From: Calcarisporiella thermophila CBS 279.70
Taxonomy: Eukaryota; Fungi; Calcarisporiellomycota
Assembly (NCBI RefSeq): GCF_041956535.1
Contig: NW_027192197.1
Coordinates: 507,829 to 571,828 of the forward strand
Direction: 5' to 3'
DNA length: 64,000 nt
Shown here: positions 1-11,960 of the stretch, one piece after another
How the letters are laid out: each line of letters opens with the position of its first letter
Position numbering within the stretch: position 1 is the stretch's first letter
The notes under the pieces: generated by a model
Database searches by the model: none
Told to the model about the DNA's origin: nothing
The model's input: only the letters and a program-made list of their open reading frames with translations
Position numbers and translations under genes: made by a program

Positions 1-1594
1 TTCGGGCTACTCTTGTTTGACCCGGATCCCCTGCTCTCGATGCTCTTGGATGCAATAGGATTACGTCCAGCATCAGCCTGACCATCTTGGCCGCCGCTTC
101 TATCCACAGAATAACTCCCGTGACCACCTCCATCAATAATTTCAGTAGGCGTGCTCACTGGCTGCTTTGTCCGGCACATACCCTCCTTCTCGCCCCTATT
201 GATATGCTTATATTCACCTATTGATCCATCCAACGGGTTAGACTTGTGCCCAATATGCATTTCTCTATCTTCGCACTCCACCCCCCTTTTATCTTTATTT
301 CCGACCCTATTCTTAATTGGAAGCGATGTGTCGTTATGAATCTTTGAACGCTTGCGGGCGTGGGCCGTCGCTGAGCTTCCAGCCGCCTCCTGCCGCGCTT
401 TGAATTCGTTTAGATATTCCTTGTATTCTTTGTATTCAGGAGTCTTTTCATACTCTGCCAGTTTTGCCAAATACCCACCCTTCTCTTTCGAGGCCGCTGA
501 TTCGTATTTTTCTCTCTCGTTTGATTCCAGGGCTTGCCAGCGATTTCCGACGATCTTTGCAATGTCAGAGAATGAAAGATTCGGTTCCCGGCCAAGCTCA
601 GCTCGAACAGTATTCGCAAACATAACGTAAGCTGTCGGAGGTTTCACTGGCGCGTTGGGATCTGGTTTAGCATGGCGGCGATAGCGCCGCTTCTGATGAT
701 TTGGATCACTGCCCTGATCGCCGTCATCATTTAACATATTATCGCTTGAATAGTTAGAATTGGAGGTAGGAAGTTGGTTCGAGGCCTCAGAAGCACAGGA
801 TAATGCACCTCTAGTGGAAAGTGCTACAGTAGCAGGGGTAATATCTCGGCGATTAGTGTCGTTAGGGCTAGTTCTTGTGTTGGCTCTTCCAGGCAATAAT
901 ACAGGCACAGTTCTCGGAATTCGCTCCCCTTCAACTTGTCGGTCAGGTGCCGGAGGCAAATGGATCGGAAATAGGACCCGGTGTTGTGGAGATATTGCTT
1001 CGGGCGAATTGCGTGCGGAACTCAATCTGCAGTCGTTCGAAGAGAAGGTTGCATTCGGAGGTGAAAGGCTAGCCACGAAAATGCTTGGGTTCGGATGGCC
1101 TGGCGAACGATGTGTGCTTGGATATACAGGCAAATGGTGAGATGGAGAATTTACGCAGCCATTATTTAGCGCTATTTCATGTTGGAGAAGGCGGCGATGC
1201 CCGCGCTTTACGCCCATTGCGATGAGATCGGCCTCGGTCACCTCAAATACCTTAATATTCCGCCATCATAGTAAGCTCACAATGCAAGTTACAAATTAGT
1301 GTTGTTCCAACTCACGGCATCTATCCGATCAAATCCTTCCTCAAGAAAACGATTGATATACTGCTCGAGACGCAGACGTGTTAGGAACTCAGCTACACCT
1401 TCTTTCCGCGCACGGCTTCGGGGAGATTCTGAGAGTAAATGTGGTTGTGACTGAGAGGCCTCTTGAGAGAAAGAGAGTGGCTCTTTGGATGGAAGCTGAG
1501 GCCGGGACGGAAACACGGAATAATGTAAATGCGGGGGGGATGAAAGAGGCTTAGGTTGATCTTGCGAGGGCAATTGCTTGTCTAGATTATGCAT
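1..1594 (-). CDS. SAM-domain plus HMG-box protein (3' end beyond window)
   Basis: Exon 1594-1316 (VAEFLTRLRLEQYINRFLEEGFDRIDA), GT-AG intron 1315-1251, then VFEVTEADLIAMGVKRGHRRLLQ (SAM). The same frame continues to RRYRRHAKPDPNAPVKPPTAYVMFANTVRAEL...SFSDIAKIVGNRWQAL (HMG box) and stays open to base 1. Confidence 0.85.
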
Positions 1595-2059
1595 AGCGCG
1601 TTGAACTAACTCATTTCATGCCATTGCTCTACAATTTTCTATGAAATGAGTATTAAAGGCCGTCTGCAGTGAGAGAACAGAAAAGAATAAAATAGAACGA
1701 AATGCCTTAACCATATATTGCATCTTATGCCGGCTTTAAGATTGATCGGAAGAGCGCTAGGCAACTTGGGCCAATGGTTCGTTGGTGACTAGTTCATCTC
1801 AGACTAGAAATCTTTTCCTAGTTTCAGTTGGCATATTCGAGTCCTTTTTCGTACTAGCCGTCTGATATTAATTAGCGAAACAGGGCAGTGGGGTTAAAGT
1901 GGGGCTTGAATCTTAACTCTTTCCATTCCATACCGTATCAGAGTGAGAAAATAAAATGCAATTTTATTGTGACATGGTCATCTTTCATAATGAACTATAC
2001 ACTTTTGTTTTCTGCACAATGTTCGAAGTAGTGATTCTTTAAGCCAGCCTACAACACCC

Positions 2060-2668
2060 CTATTCTTTCGACTTGTGTTCTACCCGCTTAGCACAATTCT
2101 CCCAGTCGTCCTAAAGATTTTTGGGATTGAGTATAGAATTCTCTCACAGACACTCCAGATAACTTACTCGCCCATCAAAAGATACCACCTTGTACCTTAA
2201 ATCGGTATCAATGCAACGCACATTTACCTACATGGAATGGATATTTTTAACGATCTTGTTTTAGGCATCGCAATCAAGTTGAAGTTAGTACTAACATCAA
2301 TTCCGTCCGGATTCGACCTAGGAACATAGAAAGGTGCGACTCCGCATCTCCCACAAAACAGATGCTCAGCCAAATGTGTGTTGAAGGTGTACTTGGAAAG
2401 GAATTCTTTTCCTTGGATAACTTGGAAACGAGTTTTGGGTACAATTAGATGCAAATAAGCTAATCGAGCAATGGTTGATTGTCAGATAACACCAGTTGTT
2501 CATCGCCAGCTCTGGACATCATTTAGTTTTCATCTTACCTTTCTTCTTGCATATGGAGCAGTTGCATTCCTCAACTTCCAACTCTCCTTCGGGGGTTCGT
2601 ACTTCGAATACTATTGTCTGACAATGACAAGACCCGGTATGACTGACCAACCTGTCCACCTGTGACAT
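2060..2668 (-). CDS. CENP-V/GFA (Mss4-like) zinc-binding protein
   Basis: Four exons splice to MSQVDRLVSHTGSCHCQTIVFEV...ECNCSICKKKAYLHLIVP...YTFNTHLAEHLFCGRCGVAPFYVPRSNPDGIDVNVRCID...FDGRDDWE, with the GxCHC, CNCSIC and FCxxCG motifs. Confidence 0.9.
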
Positions 2669-4362
2669 TTCGATGGGAATTGAGATAAAGGACAGTTTGT
2701 AACGTGGTTCCCCCTGGTTCTAAAATGCTTAGGTTCAGCCAAAATTAAATAGTACAAGTCATCCTCCAATTTTCCCATAATATAATTATAATTTTCCCAT
2801 GTACTTAATAACCTAAAAAAGTCATTGATCGCCATTAAGTTATCTCAAAGAATCGGTAGCCACTTAAGCATCTCATATGTATATAAGCATGCATTTCCAT
2901 CTTATGGAATCATTATTCCAATGGTATTGGTGAATAACAATTTCAAAATGGACACCATAAAAAAGATAATGGATAGCGATCTTGACATTTTCAGCACGCA
3001 AGGTCCGGAGCAATTATCGATATGCCTCTGTTATTCTGTTATATACTGGCTCCAATCGATAAACTGATAAACTGATCAAAATCGAGTTTCCTATGGTAAG
3101 ATGCTGACTGACATGCTACCAGCCAACTTATGAGTCTGGATCTGCATTATTGTATAGGCCAGTTAGGGCCGGCAATGAAATCCATTGTGTAGTTCTTGTT
3201 GAAGAATTTATGGCATTCACCGAGGGCTCTCTCCATGTTTAAGTTTGTTAGAGCTAATATGCGATGATATTCTCCAAACAACGTTGTGCATTTTCAATGG
3301 CGCTCTAGAGGAGATGGGTGATACTTTCTGACTGTTGTGTGGTGAGGTTGATAGAACTTGCTTGGAGGACAGGTCTCTTGACTATTTTCATTAATGGCTA
3401 GGAAACACTGTTCTAGCAAATTTTCAAACGGGGTCATTCAACTATAAGCAGTGGTGTGAGCGATCGAGAATTTAAATATATTTCTTGCGGGTTGCATGCT
3501 TGTAAACTGGCACAAAATACAAGTAATCTATTATAATTAATGCATAACTTAATCAGCTCTTTTTCATACCTCACCTCGCCTGGAGCGGAGAGAAATCTTG
3601 CTTGCTATATCTCCATGTTTGCACGAGGGGGGAATTTTTATTAGCCAGTGTGGCCAATGTTAGAATTATTTAGTATTCACTTTTCGCAACTTTTTACAAT
3701 CCTTAATTAATAGATTACTACGTTTCCAATTCTTCGAAGGCTCCGAAAAAGATTGAGCATTGGTTCTAACTCACACATCGACTTGGGTAAATGGTACCTG
3801 TTTGTTTGTTTTTTATTTTTTTCTTGCTCTCTGTCTAAGGAGAATGGAATTATTATTTTTTTAATAACTTTTTTTTCTTTCTCTGCTGGACAACTTAGCT
3901 ATTCAAATAAGGAGAGAAGGAACAGGTCATACTTTCATTCTACACTGCTGGTCAGGTATGATGTGCTTCTTTTGGTTCGAATGGTTTTTGAGGGGAGAGA
4001 TTAAAATGTTTCCAAATAAGCTCCAGAGATCGAGAGTTGGCATAGAATGAATTGTTTCGTAAGTACTGAATAAACATATATCTATTTACTAGCATTGTTA
4101 TATTGAAATTAGTGTTTTTTAGAGCATATAGTATTTCACATATTTTTCTGTCTCGCGACCAAGAGGAAGTCCGGCTCCTTTCTCGTATATATATAACGTA
4201 TCAGACTCCATTGCATTCTCTCATCCCTATAATCCTCAACTTGATTTATGTGCACGGTACTACATAACTTTTTTTCTTATTTTAATATCATTCACGTTGA
4301 TCTGACTCCCCCCTCTTTTTTTTTCATTAAGATTGGAAGTGCGAAATTCGAGACTTCCATCA

Positions 4363-6959
4363 ATGATAGACCCGACCTATTCCGGGATGGCTCTTCCAAA
4401 TCCTTCTACAGAACAAAAGTCCTTACAAGTCTCTTCCAGACGTTTTTCTCTGCGATTGTCTAGACAAAATAGTATGAGCAATTTAAAGGAGGATATCGTA
4501 TCAGATTCGACGACGTCGTTAACTGGGGCTACAACAACAGCGCTGCATCTTAGCACCTCCAATGGAAAACTCAAATACAGGACATTGGAAGCCGACAATT
4601 CGCCGGCACGCCGGAAAACTACCCAAGTCAATGTAGAACTCTCAGGCATATCAACCGCAACTACAAGAGCAATTAATACGACCCAATCTCCTTTGAGGAA
4701 AAGAAAGCGGGGGCATGCTAAACTCAGTCTCTCAGTAGATCCCATCAGTCATTCTTCGAATGTATCCTCGAATAGCTCTCCGAAATGCAGATTTACACAC
4801 AATAGTAGCATCCCCAATGAAAGCAATGGTAAAGGCAACAATGTAAACGGAAGGCTTTCTAAGCGTTGTGATAGTCCTCTGATAGCCTCATCGGAGGACA
4901 TGACCGACTACCAGTCTGAACCAACTTCTCCAGTAAGCGTAGCATATTCGGATCAGCGGGTTCTACGGAGAAATAGCTTAGAAAATCATGATGCGACCAA
5001 GTCTCTATCGTCTTCTCCAGCGCCGAAAATCGAGGGCTCCTTTGTGTCAACTTCTGACTTAACATCTGTTGGAAAGAGAAATTTGCAGAACGAGCCTTCA
5101 TTAAACAATGAGAACAGCAAAAACCCGCTCAATGCATCACATCCCAGTCAGTGCGTCGCCAATTCGAATGACCGCATATTGAGTTCAAATGTTGGTGGAG
5201 AGCCGGCGGGGCAGCAGCTCTATGATGACATATTTGCAACCACAGATGAAGATAGTTTATTATCAGAACCTATATTTAATCATTCTTCCTCTTCCGATGA
5301 TCTTGAACGCGGTCCACACCCAAAAACCGCCAGAACAACGCGGCGGCTGCGATCCAGGCATAGCTTAATTCGTAAACCTAATGGCCAGTCGGTCGATGAT
5401 GGATATATAGCAACAAAATCCAAACGTGTCAAGCGTTTTTCTTCTTCCAAACTCGGGCCCGAGCTGAAGGGTGCAATCCCCGACCCGGCTATCTCGAAGG
5501 ATAATATAAGACGTGTGTCGGAGGGCCTTGCTCCCGATTCGACATTGGCCCCAGGCGGAGCGGAAGGTTCGAACTCTGATTCAGTCATTAGGATAGACGC
5601 CTATCATCGCCCAAGACGAAATGCATCCAAGCAAAAACTAGTGACGAGGAGGGATATACGTACCAAGTAGGCGTTTTTGTTTCCGATTGCATGCAATGAT
5701 AAAGCTTAATGTTTAATCCTTTTCTCTTTTTTTAAGCCTTCTTTTTGGGAATCTTCAACAACGAAACGTTGATTCAGATATGGATTCCAGCAGGGTAAGA
5801 AGCAAGTGTTATACATATGATCCTCCACATCAGTTTCATGTTCTTTCTCCCATATGCAACAGAACAACGATTACTGTGAAACCTGCGGGGAGGAGGGCCA
5901 TTTTCTCTGCTGCGATTCCTGTCCGCGATCATTTCATTTCATATGCATTGACCCGCCCGTTGATCCAAATGCTTTGCCCCCTGAAAATTGGTACTGCAAT
6001 GCCTGTCGTCCCAACCTTCAACCAAAATACACGAACCGGATATTTCGAGAGTTGCTGAAATCATTAGACAGTAGAAACCCGACCGTGTTCACTCTGCCCC
6101 CACCCATTAAGACGTATTTTAAGGGAGGTAAGCTTCAATTCTTTTGCAAAAAAAGTAATTTAGATGTTGCTGATAATTACTTGCTCGCTCTTGAAAGTTG
6201 CGGAAGGCCCATCGGGGGAATACATTGACATGACGGATATAAAGTCGGCAAAACTAGGGTAAGCCAATGTCAACCTTATTAAAGAGCAATTGCATTGTGA
6301 CCTGATCTTTCTACTAGCAAAACCTGCCAAGTCGACGAGACAGATCTTCTCCGCTTAAAAGACAAAGCGGGCAACATTATTCTGTGTCATCGATGTGGTC
6401 GATCTGCCCTTGCGGGAGCAATTTTACGCTGTGATTTTTGCCCACTGGCCTGGCACCTCGATTGTCTAGATCCGCCGACGATCTGTCCTCCTCCCGCCTC
6501 TCGGAAATGGATGTGTCCCAATCACGCCATCCACGCCATTGTAAATCAATTATTTATTTTTGTCTTGAGTACACGAAGAGATCCTGATACCCTTCTCCTT
6601 TTATTATTGATTTGCTTTGCATTCCTAGCCGAGACAGAGGCACAAAAAGGTCGAGATGTACAAAACACCCCCGCATCCCTTTGTGTCCAATAGTGGAGAT
6701 ATTCAGATTGTGAATGATGTTGACACAGATGAGCATTATTCGGGGCAGGCTTTTAAGGTGCCCGAGTATGCGATCAAAGTGAAATTCTTCGAGACGGCTC
6801 GAAAGTAATGGCCACCACCATAATTCCTGTTTATTTTTTTCTGATGAAACTCAGTGCTGACTGCATCACTGTGCTCTCTTTTGTCTGTGTAGGATAAGAA
6901 AAAAGAAATATAGTGAGCGCGAAAGGCTTGAAGAGATGTCACCGAACCATATGGCATGA
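4363..6959 (+). CDS. Rco1/PHF12-like double PHD-finger protein (Rpd3S-type subunit); start uncertain
   Basis: Long low-complexity N-terminal exon, PHD1 NNDYCETCGEEGHFLCCDSCPRSFHFICIDPP...WYCNAC, RNPTVFTLPPPIKTYFKGV, PHD2 CHRCGRS...ILRCDFCPLAWHLDCLDPP...RKWMCPNH. Several GT-AG introns. Confidence 0.85.
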
Positions 6960-7583
6960 CACCTTCTGATAAATTTGGGCGCGAACTCTAAGTGAGCCAG
7001 AGCAGCATCCGTTTCGGCCTATGGGGAAAACCTCTAACTTTTGCATTGCATTTTTTTTCCTTTTTTTCATATACTATTATTAGTTTAATAATTTGTTTTT
7101 TTCTTTCTACATTTTCCCTTAATCCATGACGATAATGGTCATTTCTCCGTCCCCCCCTTCTTTTTCTTTTTAGTATTGGCATTAGGACAATTTTCATACA
7201 TTCGCCATTTGCATAAAAATAGTATGATTTTATCATATATTATTTATTCCCAAGAGGTATGTAAAAAAACCCAGCCCAAAAGAGGAGGAAAAAAAATAAG
7301 GAGAGAAGAGGAAAAAGAGGAACGTTTACAACTCAAGAGGGAGTGAAAAAGGAGGGAAAAAGTACCAGACGCACATAAAATAAAGAGAAAAGAAAAACGA
7401 AGGGAAAAAAAAGAGCGAGAGCAATCTCATTTGAAAGGGGGGAAAAAAATTGTAAAACTTTAGACATAAAATAAAAGAAATAGCTTATAAAAAAAACAAA
7501 AGGGTCCAAAAATTATTCAACAGTCTCCCACCCACCGCAATAAATCCAAAGTCAAATATATGTATATGTATATGTATGTATGT

Positions 7584-10007
7584 TCAAGCATCATCCTCTT
7601 CTTCCGCGCTCTTCAGCCAATTAATAAACACAGAGCATTTCTGCTTAACTCCATTGCTACCCACACCCTCTGGTGTAGTCTCCTCGTGCCATCTCAGGAA
7701 TGTTTCCTCCTCAATAAGGTCATTGTCATAGAGCCATTTAAAGATGACCGCGATTTTGGGTAGGAGCACACTGTTGCGTTTGTTGATGTATTTCTCCCAC
7801 GCGGAAACGAAGGCGAACTGATCGGCAGGAGATCGAATGAACTATCAGGGGGGACGCATGGGAGAGAAAAAGCAGAGAGATTAGAAGCCTAAGACATATA
7901 CACACTGCCACGCTTTGAATATATGCTTACCGCCGCAAAAAAGCCTTTCCTGGGACTTAGCACCTTCATCGCTCCCTCGGGGCGAACCTCATCGAACAAG
8001 GCTCTCAAGAGGATCTTGAAGAGTTGCGGCTTAGAGAGATCGTACCGAACCTCCATGCGTGCTACCTCGTTCGTGTCCTCCATAATGCCTTTGTTGTTAT
8101 TGGTCCCTAGTGTTTGCCGCCTCTCTTGCTGGCGCAAAAAGAACGCCTTTAGTTCCTGCGCAAGCGTGTCGTCCAAGGTGGATTTGGTATCGGGGGCCTG
8201 AACCGCCTCGGGCTTCTTTGCTGACTGGAATTTGAGGCGATCGTCAGGAGAAAGTTCAACCACCTTCATCCACGTTTTCTCTTTCTCAACCTTAAATGTG
8301 CATATCAAAGGACACGGAAACAGAATTAAAAAAAGTGATCCGGTTTGCCGAGGCTCGAATTTACCTCGTGTTGCCCGCTGAGGAACTCCTTCAGTGACAC
8401 TTTGTCCTCTCCTCGTCGTCTGGCTGTGGCTGAGGCTGAGGCTGAGGCTACTGCTGGTTTAGCATTGCTGGAAGCTTCAGAAGGGTTTGGTGACGACGCC
8501 ATCTCCGGAGCCTTTGGTAATTCCTCCTTAACCGCAGGCGAATCCGTTTGCTGTACGGGGGGAGGGGCACTGCAGTTCAGAGGAATTTTAGGGGGGAGGA
8601 AGAAAAGTGCGAGTGGGTGAAGATTAGAGCAGAAGGAAACCAAAATGAGAAGCATTCAATTAACTAGCTTACTCTCGCAGTGGTGCTGTACTAGCAGCAC
8701 GACTGGGTACATCGTTGAGGATTTCGGACCGCGCAACATGGGTCGGTTCCTGCACATCTCTGTCGCGCTCTCGCTGCCCACCAGCAGGGGCGCCCATGTT
8801 GACTTCGCGACGATCATCGCCATCTCGTCGTTCCTTGTCTTTCTCTCCAGACTCGCTGCCACTTCCCCCGTTAGTTCGCTCGAATTTTGGTCTTTCGCGC
8901 AGCTCTGAAGTACCATGGGCAAAGTTACATTTCGGGCCATACTGGCAGAACCCATCCTTCATGAACCGTTCGCAGAGTCGCGTTTTGTAAAGCGGATTCC
9001 CTGGGCCATCACGGGCCGCGACCGTACGCTCTGGCTCAGCGGGACGCTCACGCAGCTCCGCAGTGCCATGCGCAAAAGTGCATTTAGGGCCGTACGGGCA
9101 GTGGCCTTCGGTTTCAAAACGCTCGCAGAGCCGCGTCTTGTAAAGGGGATTATCCTGCTCCCGCTGCTGCTGTTGCTGCTGCTGCTGTTGCTCCCTGTCC
9201 CTGTCTCGGCTTTCCCTCTGGTGAGGGTGCTCCCGTGGTTGATTGCCTCGCTCTTTTTTTGGCTCTCCCCGGTTGCGCGCGATCGCCTGCCGCTGCGAAT
9301 CCAGGGGGAGTGCAATGTTCATGCTGCGGAATCTATTTTCCACTTCGTTCAGACTGCCCATCGATGTCGAGGAAGTACGCGAGGGAGAGGTGGGGGACTT
9401 CACGCGCCGTAATTCGACAACCGAGCTGGCCTGCTTGATGACATCCTGCATGCTGCGGTAGAGGGCCTTTTCCATGGCGTCTTGCAGGTTAAACCAGGAT
9501 ATATTGTAGCCTTCACCCGAGGGGAGGATTCGGCCATGGTCCGACAGGCGAGCTAGAAAAATGGCCACATTCTTCGGACTGTCCATTATTGAAGAAAACA
9601 ACATATTAGCAGCCATGGTAAATAAAGGGTGGAAATGGCCAAGATCAAGGCCGGGGTAAACCCGTAGTGGCACGATTCAAACATACCGGGTACCAGAGAG
9701 GTATTTAATTTCGACCTTGAAATTTTCTTCCACTCGCAGATCCTTCATCGGAATACCGGTCAACTCGAGGGTTTCCCGCAGCGCACACCTAACGGTAAAA
9801 GACGGTTAATCACCGATTCGGTAAAGACGGGCCTGTGGCGATGTACTTGATGAGATCTTCATTCCCGATGACCCGCCCCTTTGGTACTGTCCAGTGCCGC
9901 TTATGGGAGAAGGAATCGTTCAACAGGAGGAATTCAGATGTATTACGCTGCAGTCGATAAATCAGAAGGCCAGCATACACGTTCCCTGAAGGACTCAACT
10001 TATCCAT
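7584..10007 (-). CDS. Multidomain protein: Ap4A-hydrolase-like Nudix + tandem CCCH (TTP/Cth-type) zinc fingers + C-terminal W2 domain
   Basis: Exons 10007-9847, 9788-9687, 9578-8673, 8569-8365, 8290-7931 and 7841-7584 join in frame with GT-AG ends. Motifs: HWTVPKGRVIGNEDLIKCALRETLELTGI; two YKTRLC-x8-C-x5-C-x3-H fingers; W2 boxes LYDNDLIEEETFLRW and FINWLKSAEEEDD. Confidence 0.85.
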
Positions 10008-10266
10008 GAGGGCAGAATAATTATCTTGGAGTGAAAAGAAATGGATGAATATGTATAAAACTAGAAAACTCGCGCCGCTTGCTTTATCTTGTTGCTTTCT
10101 CTCTTCTCTTCCGTCCCTTTTGAAAAAGTGGTTGTTTTTTGCTTATTTTCGCGCGGGGTTTCAGCTGCTGCGCCAGCCCAGAGTTAAACAATTGCGGGGA
10201 GGAGGATCACAGGGAGTGGCTCACTATCTTGAAGGGTGTAGAATAGACTTTTTTCCCCGTGAAAAT

Positions 10267-11736
10267 ATGATTTTTCGCCAGGCAGCCAGAGGTAGAGGCC
10301 GCATACAATTCCCACTGCTCGAGCGCCGAATGCTAACTCATCCGATCGCTCTTTCTCTTTGGAACTTGTTTTCATTTTTTTAGCTTTAACCTCTACTTCG
10401 AGTGCTTTAATGGAGTTCACCAACGCCCCCCGTCCTTCCGCTACGTATGTGATTCCATTTCGTGCATAAAGTTGCTTCATAGTTTGGTATTGATGGGCCA
10501 TCTTTTTTTTTTCTCGGCATTGCTGTCAAACAATATAAAGTATTATTATTGCGGCCCATCTCTCGGACGCACTTCGTCCGGCTGGAGGCCACGATGGTTT
10601 TGACTACAAGGTCTTGATGATACAGCGTAGCTCCCGCGGAGCATTCAAGAACTCGTACGTGTATCCTGGTATGGCATTAGAGTCGAAAAACTATATACCT
10701 ACCGGGCTATTCTCACCTCAAAGCTTATAACGTTTGGCTAGGTGGAGTAGTCGATAAAGCAGATGAAGACCCGAAATGGCTCGAAATGTTCCCCCAAACG
10801 GAACTTCCAAGGCAGGATTACGAGTCTATCAATGGCATATCGATATAGCCTCCGCTAATGTGTTTATTTCTCTAAAATAGTGGTTCCATTGCTCGCCGTA
10901 TTTGCGGTATCCGGGAGGCATTCGAAGAATGCGGCCTACTCTTGGCAGAGCCAGATGGAGAGAAGAGCGTGAAAATCGACGAGAAGGATATTGCGCGCTG
11001 GCGAGAGGAGGTTGGCGTCCATTGCAGAGTCGGTCACTACTAACTGGAGATTTACCAACTATAATGTCTCTTTGTCAATTAGGTACACAACGACGCTAGT
11101 CGATTTCTCCACATGATGAAGCAATATCATCTTCGTCCTCTGGTTGAGCGCCTCTTCCTCTTCAGCCACTGGATCACACCTACATTCGAGACAAAACGTT
11201 TTGACACACCTTTCTTTCTCATTACACTGCCGGCACTACCCTCCGGTCCCACCAACGGCCAAGATCCAACCGCTCTAGTAGCCAGTTCCTTTGCGACGGC
11301 AACTACAATTGCAACCCCAGACCACAAGGAAAATGTGCAGCTAAATTGGTTCACTCCCGCGCAGGCGCTCAGGGAGTTTGAGCAAGGAAATATCAATTAC
11401 TTCCCCCCGCAATTTTATACTCTTCAGGAGCTGAGCTGTGTCCCGAGATTGGAAGATCTCAGCCGAAAATTCGGAGCGAGAGAAGTCTCGCCGATATTAC
11501 CGGAATACCAATTTAATGAGGATAATGTGGGAAAAAAGGAAGCTAATGATGAGGATGGCCCATTCCTGGCGCTTCCTGGAGACGCTGAGCACACCTGGAC
11601 CCTTGAAGTGCCCGGCTCGATGGTAAGCAAAAGGCGACATCGAATTTACGTGGCTCCTGAAAAGCCGCCCTTCAAGAAATATAGGCTAGTGATGTCTGGG
11701 ATTGAGAGTGGCTCGAATGCGTGGTCGAAACTCTAG
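10267..11736 (+). CDS. NUDT19-like acyl-CoA diphosphatase (Nudix) with C-terminal PTS1
   Basis: PRPSATIIIA...DYKVLMIQRSSRGAFKNSYVYPGGVVDKAD, ICGIREAFEECGLLL, FSHWITP...KRFDTPFF, FPPQFYTL; ends in SKL. A second in-frame ATG is at 10410. Confidence 0.88.
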
Positions 11737-11837
11737 CCATCCTATAAGAGGAATGCTATTTATTATTTTTATTTTAGCGAAGCTCGATGGAAATAAATGA
11801 TACCCCACCTTTCAGAAACCGTGACTTGAATTAATGA

Positions 11838-11845
11838 TGACGTCA
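11838..11845. promoter_or_regulatory. CRE-like palindrome TGACGTCA upstream of RPL7
   Basis: Perfect TGACGTCA about 120 bp upstream of the RPL7 ATG. Function is inferred only. Confidence 0.35.
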
Positions 11846-11960
11846 CTGTATTTGTTTTCTTGTTCACCCACCTTTTCCAATCCGCTGTTTCCCTCTTTTC
11901 AGATTCCCCTCTAAAATTGATTAGATCTGGGAGCGGACTCGCCATAGAGAGAAAAGAAAA

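Noticed and set aside
400-700. HMG box as a Mucorales-type sexP/sexM mating locus
   Set aside because: The box is NHP6/HMG20-like and fused to SAM, and no triose-phosphate transporter or RNA helicase neighbour is present in the window.
2850-3500. Possible decayed transposon or gene fragment
   Set aside because: The frames I read are broken by stops and no recognisable motif was found.
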